Of a stretch of DNA of 64,000 nucleotides, positions 56,247 to 64,000 are shown one piece after another. A program made the position numbers and the translations under genes. Below the pieces are notes generated by a model. That model was given only the letters and a program-made list of their open reading frames with translations. It made no database searches and had not been told where the DNA came from. The DNA comes from Pseudobdellovibrionaceae bacterium. Its GTDB lineage: Bacteria > Bdellovibrionota > Bdellovibrionia > Bdellovibrionales > Bdellovibrionaceae. Each line of letters opens with the position of its first letter. Within the stretch, counting starts at the first letter, position 1. Where the stretch lies: NCBI GenBank assembly GCA_039810425.1, contig JBDHWW010000017.1:1-64000 (forward strand), written 5' to 3'.

Positions 56247-57788
56247 ATGAAAACACTGGTTCTGACAGGTGAGTCGATCACCCTCGAAAATCTCTACGAA
56301 ATTGCCAATAACTCTGAAATCAAAGCCGAGCTTGGTGCCGGGGCCCGTGCGGCCATGCAAAAGAGCCGCGATTATATTGAAGGCCGTATTAAAAACGGCG
56401 AAGTGATGTACGGCGTGAACACCGGTTTCGGGGCTTTTTCTTCGGTGCGTATTTCTGACTCTGAAATAGAGCAGTTGCAAAGAAATTTGATCCGTTCCCA
56501 CTCTATGGGGATCGGCGAGCCGTTTACAAAAATTCAATCCCGCGCGATGATGGTTTTGCGGGCCAATGCCTTGGCTCGCGGTCACAGCGGGATCCGCCCG
56601 GCGGTGGTGGATAAAATTTTGGAGTTCTTAAATAACGACGTTGTGCCTGTGATTCCATCCCAAGGTTCTGTGGGGGCGAGCGGTGACTTGGCTCCGCTGT
56701 CCCATTTGGCGTTGGCGATCATCGGTGAAGGCGAAGTGTGGCAGAGCGGTCAAAGCATGCCGGTGCAAAAGGTTTTGGCCGAAAAGAAAATGCAGCCATT
56801 GGAGTTAAAAGCCAAAGAGGGTCTTTCGATGATCAACGGGTGTCAGGTGATGACGTCGGTGGGATTGTTGGCAGCTTGGGAAGCCCGCAGGCTTTTGTGG
56901 ATGGCGGACTTGGCTGGGGCGATGTCTTTGGAGGGCCTGCGGGGTTCGCGCAAGCCATTTGATCCGTTGATTAGTGCGACTCGTCCCCATCCGGGCGAAG
57001 CAAAGACCGCGCGCAATCTGTTGAAACTGGCCGGAGAGATGAGTGAAATCGGTCAGAGCCATCTTTCAGCAGATCACCGCGTTCAGGATGCCTACAGCCT
57101 GCGTTGCATGCCGGCGGTTCATGGCGCGGCTAAAGATGCTCTTCGCTACATAGTGAGAGTTCTGGAGACCGAAGCAAATTCCAGCACGGACAATCCGCTT
57201 GTGTTTGCCGATGACAACAAAGTTCTTTCTTGCGGCAATTTCCACGGGATGCCAGTGGCTCACGCGATGGATTTTGCGGGGATTGCGATCTCGTCGCAAG
57301 CAAGCATTAGTGAGTGCCGTATTTCTAAAATGATCTCCCATCAGATGAGTGAGCTGCCGGCGTTTTTGACGCCCAACGGAGGCTTGAACTCAGGCCACAT
57401 GATCGTGCAAGTGGCGGCGGCATCGCTCGTGAGCGAAAACAAGGTTTTGGCCCATCCGGCATCGGTGGACTCCATTCCGACCTCGGCGGAAAAAGAAGAT
57501 CACGTTTCCATGGGAACGATCGCGGCCCGCAAGTTTGAAAAGATCCTGCGCAATGCTGAAAATGTCGTGGCGATGGAAATGCTTTCGGCGTGCCAAGCCC
57601 TTGATTTGTTGGCGCCGTTAAAACCAAGTGCCGCGGTGAAAGCGGCTTACGATCAGATCCGCCAGACGGTGCCGTTTGCAAAAGAAGACCGGTACTTCGC
57701 CAAGGATGTTGAAGCCATTAAAGTTATGATCACCCGAAATGAAATCCTTGCCGCGGCAAAATCAGCGGTGGGCGAGCTCGAATGGTAG
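56247..57788 (+). CDS. hutH: Histidine ammonia-lyase
   Basis: YGVNTGFG, GASGDLAPL (MIO), VQDAYSLRC, EDHVSMG. Confidence 0.96.
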   Translation: MKTLVLTGESITLENLYEIANNSEIKAELGAGARAAMQKSRDYIEGRIKNGEVMYGVNTGFGAFSSVRISDSEIEQLQRNLIRSHSMGIGEPFTKIQSRAMMVLRANALARGHSGIRPAVVDKILEFLNNDVVPVIPSQGSVGASGDLAPLSHLALAIIGEGEVWQSGQSMPVQKVLAEKKMQPLELKAKEGLSMINGCQVMTSVGLLAAWEARRLLWMADLAGAMSLEGLRGSRKPFDPLISATRPHPGEAKTARNLLKLAGEMSEIGQSHLSADHRVQDAYSLRCMPAVHGAAKDALRYIVRVLETEANSSTDNPLVFADDNKVLSCGNFHGMPVAHAMDFAGIAISSQASISECRISKMISHQMSELPAFLTPNGGLNSGHMIVQVAAASLVSENKVLAHPASVDSIPTSAEKEDHVSMGTIAARKFEKILRNAENVVAMEMLSACQALDLLAPLKPSAAVKAAYDQIRQTVPFAKEDRYFAKDVEAIKVMITRNEILAAAKSAVGELEW

Positions 57789-57944
57789 GTGGATTCAAAC
57801 GCCCGGCACAGGTTTTGTGACGGGTGTTTTACGGCGCCTATCTTTTTAGGTCTCAACCCGCCATTTTGTCTTTATACATCTTGAACCCCTCTGCGTTTGT
57901 AAGAAAGTTGAATCACCCAACAAAATACGAGGAGGGGTTTTGCT

Positions 57945-59513
57945 ATGATTTTCAGATCGTCCTTATTGGTTTCATCATTCGTTTTAACCGCAACACTGGC
58001 GGCATGTTCCTCGGCTGAAAAGAGAAATGCAGAACAGCAAGAGAGGGCCGCCGTCGAGGAGCAGGCTCGCGAAGACGCCGCCGTGCAGGCTCATAAAGAC
58101 GCCGAGAAAAAACTCTTTACCCAGTTAAGGTCCGACGAGCTTCGGAATCTCGTACAAGAAGGGGTGGTTTACGGATACCCGCTCGTGGCGATGGATGCGA
58201 CGAAGCAGATTTTTATCAGCCCGGACAACCTGGGTCCCCGTAAAGGCGCCATCAATCAGTTCTCTCATCTTCGGCAGTTTCCGCGACCAGAATTCCCGGA
58301 GGAGGTCAGCCCAAACGTCGACACGCTTTACTCATCGGCCTGGGTGGATCTCAGTAAGGAACCTCTAGTGCTGACGGTGCCGGCGGTTGGCAATCGTTTT
58401 TATATGTTAGAAATTTTGGATGCGTGGACGAATGTGATTTCAACGCCCGGCGTGCGCACCACGGGGACTGGGGCTGAAGAATTCGCTCTGGTCGGTCCGG
58501 ACTGGGACGGTCAGCTTCCGGCGAACGTACGCCGTATTCAGGCGCCAACGAATATGGTTTGGATCATCGGCAGAACTTACGCGAAGGGTGCGAAGGACCT
58601 CGAAGTCGTGCACGTGATTCAGGATCGATATCGCCTGATTCCACTCAGTCAGTTTGATCGCAGCTATGGGGGGGCCGCGACGGCGCCAGAAAAAGATGCT
58701 GCAGTTGACACGGTCCAAATGAAACTACAAACCAGCGCTAATGCGACGGTCGAGATGTTGGATGCAAAGACGTTCTTCACGAAGCTCAGTCAGTTGATGA
58801 AGGACAATCCACCGGCGGCCACCGATGCGCCGATGGTGGCAAAACTGGGAAAGATCGGTGTCGGCCCCGGGCACACCGTTGACTACGACCGCTTGCCTGC
58901 GGATATTCGTAAATCTTTGGATGAAGCCGTGCGCGGTGGCTATCAGCGTGTTCAAGCCCTGGCACAGAATATTCCGGGCCGGATGGTGAATGGCTGGGTG
59001 ACGCATGAAGGAGTCGGCGAGTACGGAACGGATTATGAAAACCGCGCTGGTGTAGCTTACTATAATCTGGGCGCCAACCTGCCCGAGGATGTCCTGTCTC
59101 CAACGGCACATATAGATACTGCGGGCTCACGTCTGAATGGCGCGCATAAGTATGTTTTGACGTTCTCAAAAAAGAATATGCCGCCAGTGAATGGTTTTTG
59201 GTCTGTGACGATGTATGATGCTAAGCTGGGCTTGGTGTCCAATAGAATAAATCGCTATGCAATCCGCAGCCGCGATCAGCTTAAAAAGAATAAAGATGGT
59301 TCTGTCAGTCTTGTGATTCAAAACGCCAGCCCTGGAAAAGCGAAAACTGCGAATTGGTTGCCGGCCCCTAAAGGCGAGTTCAATTTGGTGATGCGACTTT
59401 ATTGGCCGAAGCAGGCAGCTCTTAGCGGAGGGTGGCGGCCTCCGGGTATTCACAAAGTGCGTCAACCGATGCGTTTGACGCAAAGAACGGCAAAGCGAAT
59501 CTCGAAGAGATAA
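57945..59513 (+). CDS. DUF1254/DUF1214 lipoprotein
   Basis: LAAC lipobox; PNVDTLYSSAWVDL; FWSVTMYD; NWLPAP...RLYWP. Confidence 0.9.
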   Translation: MIFRSSLLVSSFVLTATLAACSSAEKRNAEQQERAAVEEQAREDAAVQAHKDAEKKLFTQLRSDELRNLVQEGVVYGYPLVAMDATKQIFISPDNLGPRKGAINQFSHLRQFPRPEFPEEVSPNVDTLYSSAWVDLSKEPLVLTVPAVGNRFYMLEILDAWTNVISTPGVRTTGTGAEEFALVGPDWDGQLPANVRRIQAPTNMVWIIGRTYAKGAKDLEVVHVIQDRYRLIPLSQFDRSYGGAATAPEKDAAVDTVQMKLQTSANATVEMLDAKTFFTKLSQLMKDNPPAATDAPMVAKLGKIGVGPGHTVDYDRLPADIRKSLDEAVRGGYQRVQALAQNIPGRMVNGWVTHEGVGEYGTDYENRAGVAYYNLGANLPEDVLSPTAHIDTAGSRLNGAHKYVLTFSKKNMPPVNGFWSVTMYDAKLGLVSNRINRYAIRSRDQLKKNKDGSVSLVIQNASPGKAKTANWLPAPKGEFNLVMRLYWPKQAALSGGWRPPGIHKVRQPMRLTQRTAKRISKR

Positions 59514-59516
59514 AAC

Positions 59517-60113
59517 TTGCCAACGAGCAAAACTGACACTCACTATAGAAGAATGAGATTTATGGAGTTCTTTTTAGTACTGAGTTTGCTGGCGTCGCTC
59601 GTGTCGGCTTGTAACGTTGGCAAAGGCCGATACGCCCGGGGTAATGGGGCCGACGAAAAACCGAATAATCCGTCGCCCAAACCCTTGCCCGCAAAGGTCG
59701 TTGAAGGAATGCAAGATCTGATTTTCCAGCGCCCCACTCACGAGGAATCCGAGTTCAAAAACATTATGAACTTGGGAGTTTCCGAGGGAGAGCGTGCCTA
59801 CTTTAGTTTTAAATACGCACCTGACGAAGACGGCACATTTTACTTTACCTTGGATCAGGTGCGACTCACTCTCAAAGGTTGTAAAAACTCCGAGAATCGC
59901 AGCTATCAGATGGGAGTCTACTGGCAGCTCATCCAGGGGGATCAGCGGGTTGTGCTGAAGAAGTTTAGCCCGAACATCGATGACTTCGACTACGACCGGG
60001 GGAATAAGTATATTTTAACTTACGCCCTGATGGATCTGAAGGAGTTTGCGGATTGTCAGAGTGTGACTCTGAAATTTGCGAGCTTTCAAAAGAACTACAA
60101 AACTATAAAATAA
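59517..60113 (+). CDS. Hypothetical lipoprotein
   Basis: VSAC lipobox; true start is probably one of the downstream Met codons. Confidence 0.65.
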   Translation: MPTSKTDTHYRRMRFMEFFLVLSLLASLVSACNVGKGRYARGNGADEKPNNPSPKPLPAKVVEGMQDLIFQRPTHEESEFKNIMNLGVSEGERAYFSFKYAPDEDGTFYFTLDQVRLTLKGCKNSENRSYQMGVYWQLIQGDQRVVLKKFSPNIDDFDYDRGNKYILTYALMDLKEFADCQSVTLKFASFQKNYKTIK

Positions 60114-60140
60114 CAAAGGCCCCGGTGGGGGCCTTTGTTA
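60111..60140. terminator. Bidirectional intrinsic terminator
   Basis: TAACAAAGGCCCC-GGTG-GGGGCCTTTGTTA between convergent genes. Confidence 0.8.
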
Positions 60141-60160
60141 TTGATCTTGCTTTATCTTCT

Positions 60161-60988
60161 TTATTGGCAAGAGTTTGATTTAATCATTGAATTGATTTCA
60201 CTGAGTTTCTGCAAAATCGGCTGATTTTGCGGAGACTTCACGCTGAGCTTCACGTCCGCCTGAATGAGCAGCAAAGCAGCGGACAGAACTTTCTGGCTGA
60301 CTTTGTCACTGGCGCGCAATTTTTCAAACTCAACCACTTCTATAAGCAGTCTGAGGCGGTCCAAAGCGGCGGTCTTTGCCCGCACATAGGCACTAGCCGG
60401 AAGCGCGGCGATCATATTGTAAGTATCCTCAGCACTGTCGTGGCAGGTCGGAGCTGGCGGAGGCGGGGCAGTGGTGAAGGCCAGGTCATCAATGAAGAAC
60501 GTAGCACCCCCATCATGAATATCGACGCGAGCGATATCGGCACCAGATGAGGTTACTGATTGAAAGACGTTGTTCATTTGACTGCTTGAGATAGCGCTGC
60601 CGACAAGGTTGTTACCTGCATCGTAAGCATAGATGCCAACATTAGCCGGACCTGTGATATAGGCCGAGACGGTTTTGACATTCGCTATACTCACGTTGAA
60701 GGACATCAAGCCGTTGGGTGCGTAAGCGAAATTGGGGCTGGAGTGAGTGCTGGTGGTGCCGAGATTCAAAGCATTCAAAATAGTGACTCCGGAAGCGGTA
60801 ATTCCTTGAGAGCTATATTGAGTTGTGAGAGTGGTGCCATCGGCCAAGTCGTCGAAGTTTAGCAGAGTTGTTGTTTGCGCCAGAACTCCTTGGGCGAAGA
60901 TGCCCACCAGCGCGAAACTGATAATTCGGAAAGCCTTAGTCCAATGGCTCGTTGTTTCCAACGCGTTATTCACAGATGCTTCAGTCAT
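60161..60988 (-). CDS. Secreted hypothetical protein (beta-rich N-domain, Pro linker, helical C-domain)
   Basis: GGAGG RBS; signal peptide; TLLNFDDL...FFIDDLAF. Confidence 0.7.
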   Translation of the reverse strand: MTEASVNNALETTSHWTKAFRIISFALVGIFAQGVLAQTTTLLNFDDLADGTTLTTQYSSQGITASGVTILNALNLGTTSTHSSPNFAYAPNGLMSFNVSIANVKTVSAYITGPANVGIYAYDAGNNLVGSAISSSQMNNVFQSVTSSGADIARVDIHDGGATFFIDDLAFTTAPPPPAPTCHDSAEDTYNMIAALPASAYVRAKTAALDRLRLLIEVVEFEKLRASDKVSQKVLSAALLLIQADVKLSVKSPQNQPILQKLSEINSMIKSNSCQ

Positions 60989-61267
60989 TTACAGTCCTCC
61001 CAATTTTGAATCTAGTTGTGTTGCATTCGCTAAACTAATAATTATTTGCCTTAGTCAGGTTGAGTGCCTGATTGGATTGAGTTGTTATTAGAATACTCTA
61101 GGCTGATGAGGACTGCGAATAAGTTTTTATTTATGGATCTCTTAGATACACTGTCTGAATTTGGTTACGTGGATTCTTTCGACATCTTGCAAAGCTTTTG
61201 ATGGGTGTCTAAAGTATTGACACCTTATTGATTCATTCCGTTTTTGTGGGTTTTCTATGGATGCCTA

Positions 61268-64000
61268 TTACTCTATGCAGAAGTAGTTAAACTTCAAATT
61301 GGCGGTCGCTCCAGAAAGTCCAATATTCATCGTGTTGGCCGTCGTTGAAGATACCCAAAATCTAGCAGTGCCTGGATCTGAGGCGGGGCCGACAATACAC
61401 GTAGGACCGGTGGCATACGGGCGACTGAAATTTACGGTGCAGCTAGTAAGACCGGGTTGGTTGATTGTAATAGTTCCGCGAGTGTCTGTGCCGCTAAAGG
61501 TGGGGGGGGGGGACCCGCAGGGGGAAGCTGTTGGCGGGACACCATTTTCGATGGAGGAGATATGGCCTGTCATTACGAGGGCGTAGTTTTCTCCCGCTAA
61601 GAGTGTTTGGGTATTGGTTACACTATTTCTAAAAAAACCTGCGTAAGCATTGGAAGCAAGGTCTTTTACTGCACGCAAGCTAGGGCTAATGCTGCCCGAG
61701 GAAGAGATGTCGAGTTTTACAGTGGAGGGCTCAGTACCGATGCCAATGTTTCCTGAGTTTCCGCCGCCGATACTAAGATCCCCTTTAATTACATTGCCGA
61801 TATTAAGATATTTCGAAGTCGTTGGCGATGGAATTGTTGCACTGGTGCCGATCAGGATATTTAAGTCTCCGGTCGTCAATGTGCTGCCGGCATCTTTACC
61901 CATGATGACGTTGCTCGAGCCCGTGGTTAGCGCGTTGGCGGCGTTGTAACCCATGATGGTGTTGTAACTCGCGTTGTGAGCTCCAGTTGCTCCCGCAGCT
62001 ATATTGCTGCCAATGATGACATTTTGCATAGCGGATGAAGCTGCAGTATTATTACTAAATACATTCGCTCCAACCATGATGTTGTCGTTACCGTAGATGG
62101 CTTTTCCGGCGGCGTACCCCACAAAGATATTGTTAGAAGTGTTAGGCGAGTTGGCGCCGGCATAGATACCTATCCCAATATTCATGCTACTGCCGTTATT
62201 GCTCGAAAGTGCATATTGACCGATGGCCGTGTTGAGTTCGGCATCAGGAGAATCAAAAAGTGCTCTCATTCCTACTCCCGTATTGGAATGCTTTATACCA
62301 TTTGCGTTTCCGTACAATGCATGCGAGCCGACAGCGGTGTTATTGTCGCCCGTCGCCGAGTTAATGTTATTCAACGCAAAGTAACCAATGGCAGTGTTAT
62401 TATTTTGGCTACTTATTTGAGATCCTGCGGCAACGCCAAGTCCAGTGTTGTTGGTTCCGTTGGTTAGGCTATTTCCACTCAGGTTGCCCAAGAATAAACT
62501 ATCGCCGCTATTATATTTAACGTCACTCAGCTTATTGATGTTAAAATCCTCGCAGGCCCAGCCGGTCGCCGTCCAAATCGCCACCTGCTTAGTGCTGCAA
62601 GAAAGGGTCGTAAATTTGCCAGTGCCGTCTTTGATCACAAGGCTCGAAGCGGCGCTATTCGTTCCAGTGAAATTCATATCGGTCCCGACAATCGCACCAA
62701 GGCCCGGTTGTACTGGCGTATAACCCAGGGCCGTTGTCACATCCACCAGAGCCAGTGCCGAGCCCGAAATCACGCGTCCTTGGGTATCTGTGCTCACTTT
62801 GGTGTAAGTACCCGCAGTGCCCATAGGTTTCAGGGTTAGAAGCCCGGCATTTGAAATCGTCGCATCTCCTGACATCGTCTGCTCAACAGCGATGTTAGAG
62901 CCGTTACCGATCCACATTTTACCATCCGCCAAAGGCGCGGAATCAGAAACTTGGGCGAGGTACGTCACCCAAGAAAGGCTTCCCGTCGCATCGGATTTTA
63001 GGATCTGATTATTAGCCGGAGCAACAATGGGCAATTTCAAATCATAAGACGCCGTAGCAGGAGTTCCCGGCAAGAGACGGACAGTCCCGCTGTTGATAAG
63101 ACCAATACCCAAGGATTTAGCAACACCGCTGCTATCTAGTTGCTGTATTTTAAGCGCATTCCCGGTCTGAGTTTTATCAACCGTAACCAGTCCCGCATTT
63201 GAAATCGTCGCATCTCCAGAAAGCGCGTGAGCCTCAGCGCCATTAGCACTGTTACCGATCCATACATAGGAATCAGACAAAGCACTGCTTTGCTTACTAT
63301 TAAATGCCACATAATCAGCATTGCTGATAAGACCCGCCGTGACGGAGCCCGCAGAAGCCATTGGGATATTCAGTGTGTGAACACCTGAGCCGGTATTAGT
63401 AGACCAGTCCGGCGCGTTGCCCGAAGTGCCCGGTGTTGCAAAAGATTGAGAAGTCGCCGAAGAGCCATTGAGTGCAGTAATACCAGCACCACTGGCAGCC
63501 AGCGCGACAGCCGCTGATCCATTCCAGTATTTGATTTGATTAGAGCCACCGTCGTACCACATCTGACCCGCCGTAGTGCCGTTAGTGGCATTCGTGGACA
63601 GAGTGAAGTACTTACTGTTAGCCATGGTGATATTGCCGGAGTTGGTAATATCATTACCGCCGAAGTTCAAAGCTCCGGCCATGGTGTCGCCGGCTCGGTT
63701 TACCGGAGTGTAACCCAGAGCTGCGGCTACATCAGAACCAGCAAGGGCAGATCCGGAAGTCACGCGGCCTTGGGCATCGGTGACGACTTTAAAATATGTT
63801 CCAGCAGTGCCCACGGATTTCAAGGTCGCAAGACCCGTATTATCAATTGTAAAGTCCCCTGAAAGGGTGCGAGCCTCTGCGCCACCCAAAGCATTACCCA
63901 CCCACAGTTGGCCGGCAGGCAGAGAGCTTGATTGCTTCCCCATTAACGATACGTAATCCGCATTACTGATCAAGCCGGCATTGGCCCCGGCATTTGAGGC
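61268..64000 (-). CDS. Large tail-fibre-like adhesin, C-terminal part (5' end outside the window)
   Basis: Frame stays open to the window edge; repeats GTAGTY.KV.TD.QGRV and ALGYTPV, Asn/Gly-rich NTAIG repeats, GNIGIGT, distinct C-terminal tip. Confidence 0.8.
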   Translation of the reverse strand, partial: ASNAGANAGLISNADYVSLMGKQSSSLPAGQLWVGNALGGAEARTLSGDFTIDNTGLATLKSVGTAGTYFKVVTDAQGRVTSGSALAGSDVAAALGYTPVNRAGDTMAGALNFGGNDITNSGNITMANSKYFTLSTNATNGTTAGQMWYDGGSNQIKYWNGSAAVALAASGAGITALNGSSATSQSFATPGTSGNAPDWSTNTGSGVHTLNIPMASAGSVTAGLISNADYVAFNSKQSSALSDSYVWIGNSANGAEAHALSGDATISNAGLVTVDKTQTGNALKIQQLDSSGVAKSLGIGLINSGTVRLLPGTPATASYDLKLPIVAPANNQILKSDATGSLSWVTYLAQVSDSAPLADGKMWIGNGSNIAVEQTMSGDATISNAGLLTLKPMGTAGTYTKVSTDTQGRVISGSALALVDVTTALGYTPVQPGLGAIVGTDMNFTGTNSAASSLVIKDGTGKFTTLSCSTKQVAIWTATGWACEDFNINKLSDVKYNSGDSLFLGNLSGNSLTNGTNNTGLGVAAGSQISSQNNNTAIGYFALNNINSATGDNNTAVGSHALYGNANGIKHSNTGVGMRALFDSPDAELNTAIGQYALSSNNGSSMNIGIGIYAGANSPNTSNNIFVGYAAGKAIYGNDNIMVGANVFSNNTAASSAMQNVIIGSNIAAGATGAHNASYNTIMGYNAANALTTGSSNVIMGKDAGSTLTTGDLNILIGTSATIPSPTTSKYLNIGNVIKGDLSIGGGNSGNIGIGTEPSTVKLDISSSGSISPSLRAVKDLASNAYAGFFRNSVTNTQTLLAGENYALVMTGHISSIENGVPPTASPCGSPPPTFSGTDTRGTITINQPGLTSCTVNFSRPYATGPTCIVGPASDPGTARFWVSSTTANTMNIGLSGATANLKFNYFCIE

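Overview
The window looks like a Bdellovibrionota-type chromosome segment, inferred from a RomR-like regulator, a bacterial topoisomerase VI pair and a Bdellovibrio-type fibre protein. Bases ~15.2-64 kb are mostly ordinary host genes (serA, grxD/bolA, msrA, top6B/top6A, aconitase, nadC, birA, lptG, def-fmt-rpe, rhlE-like helicase, hutH, two-component genes, partial adhesin fibre). Bases 1-15.15 kb are an accessory island holding two diverged tandem copies of an unusual integrative element. Each copy has a Rep_trans-type rolling-circle initiator, a putative ssDNA-binding protein, conserved covarying hairpins, an MNT-HEPN pair and a variable cargo slot. The right copy (about 5300-15151) carries a tyrosine integrase. 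It abuts a tRNA-Arg(TCT) 5' half cut at the anticodon loop (15143-15182) and carries its own complete tRNA-Arg(TCT) of different sequence with its own promoter (13665-13741). A third tRNA fragment (3' half, 5263-5308) marks the junction between the copies. An 18-bp palindrome, CTTACAGACGTCTGTAAG, occurs 7 times (exact or near-exact) at module boundaries and inside both rep genes; I did not see it in the host region. The left copy's rep has a single TGG>TGA nonsense change. All family calls come from motif recognition by eye; no database searches were run.
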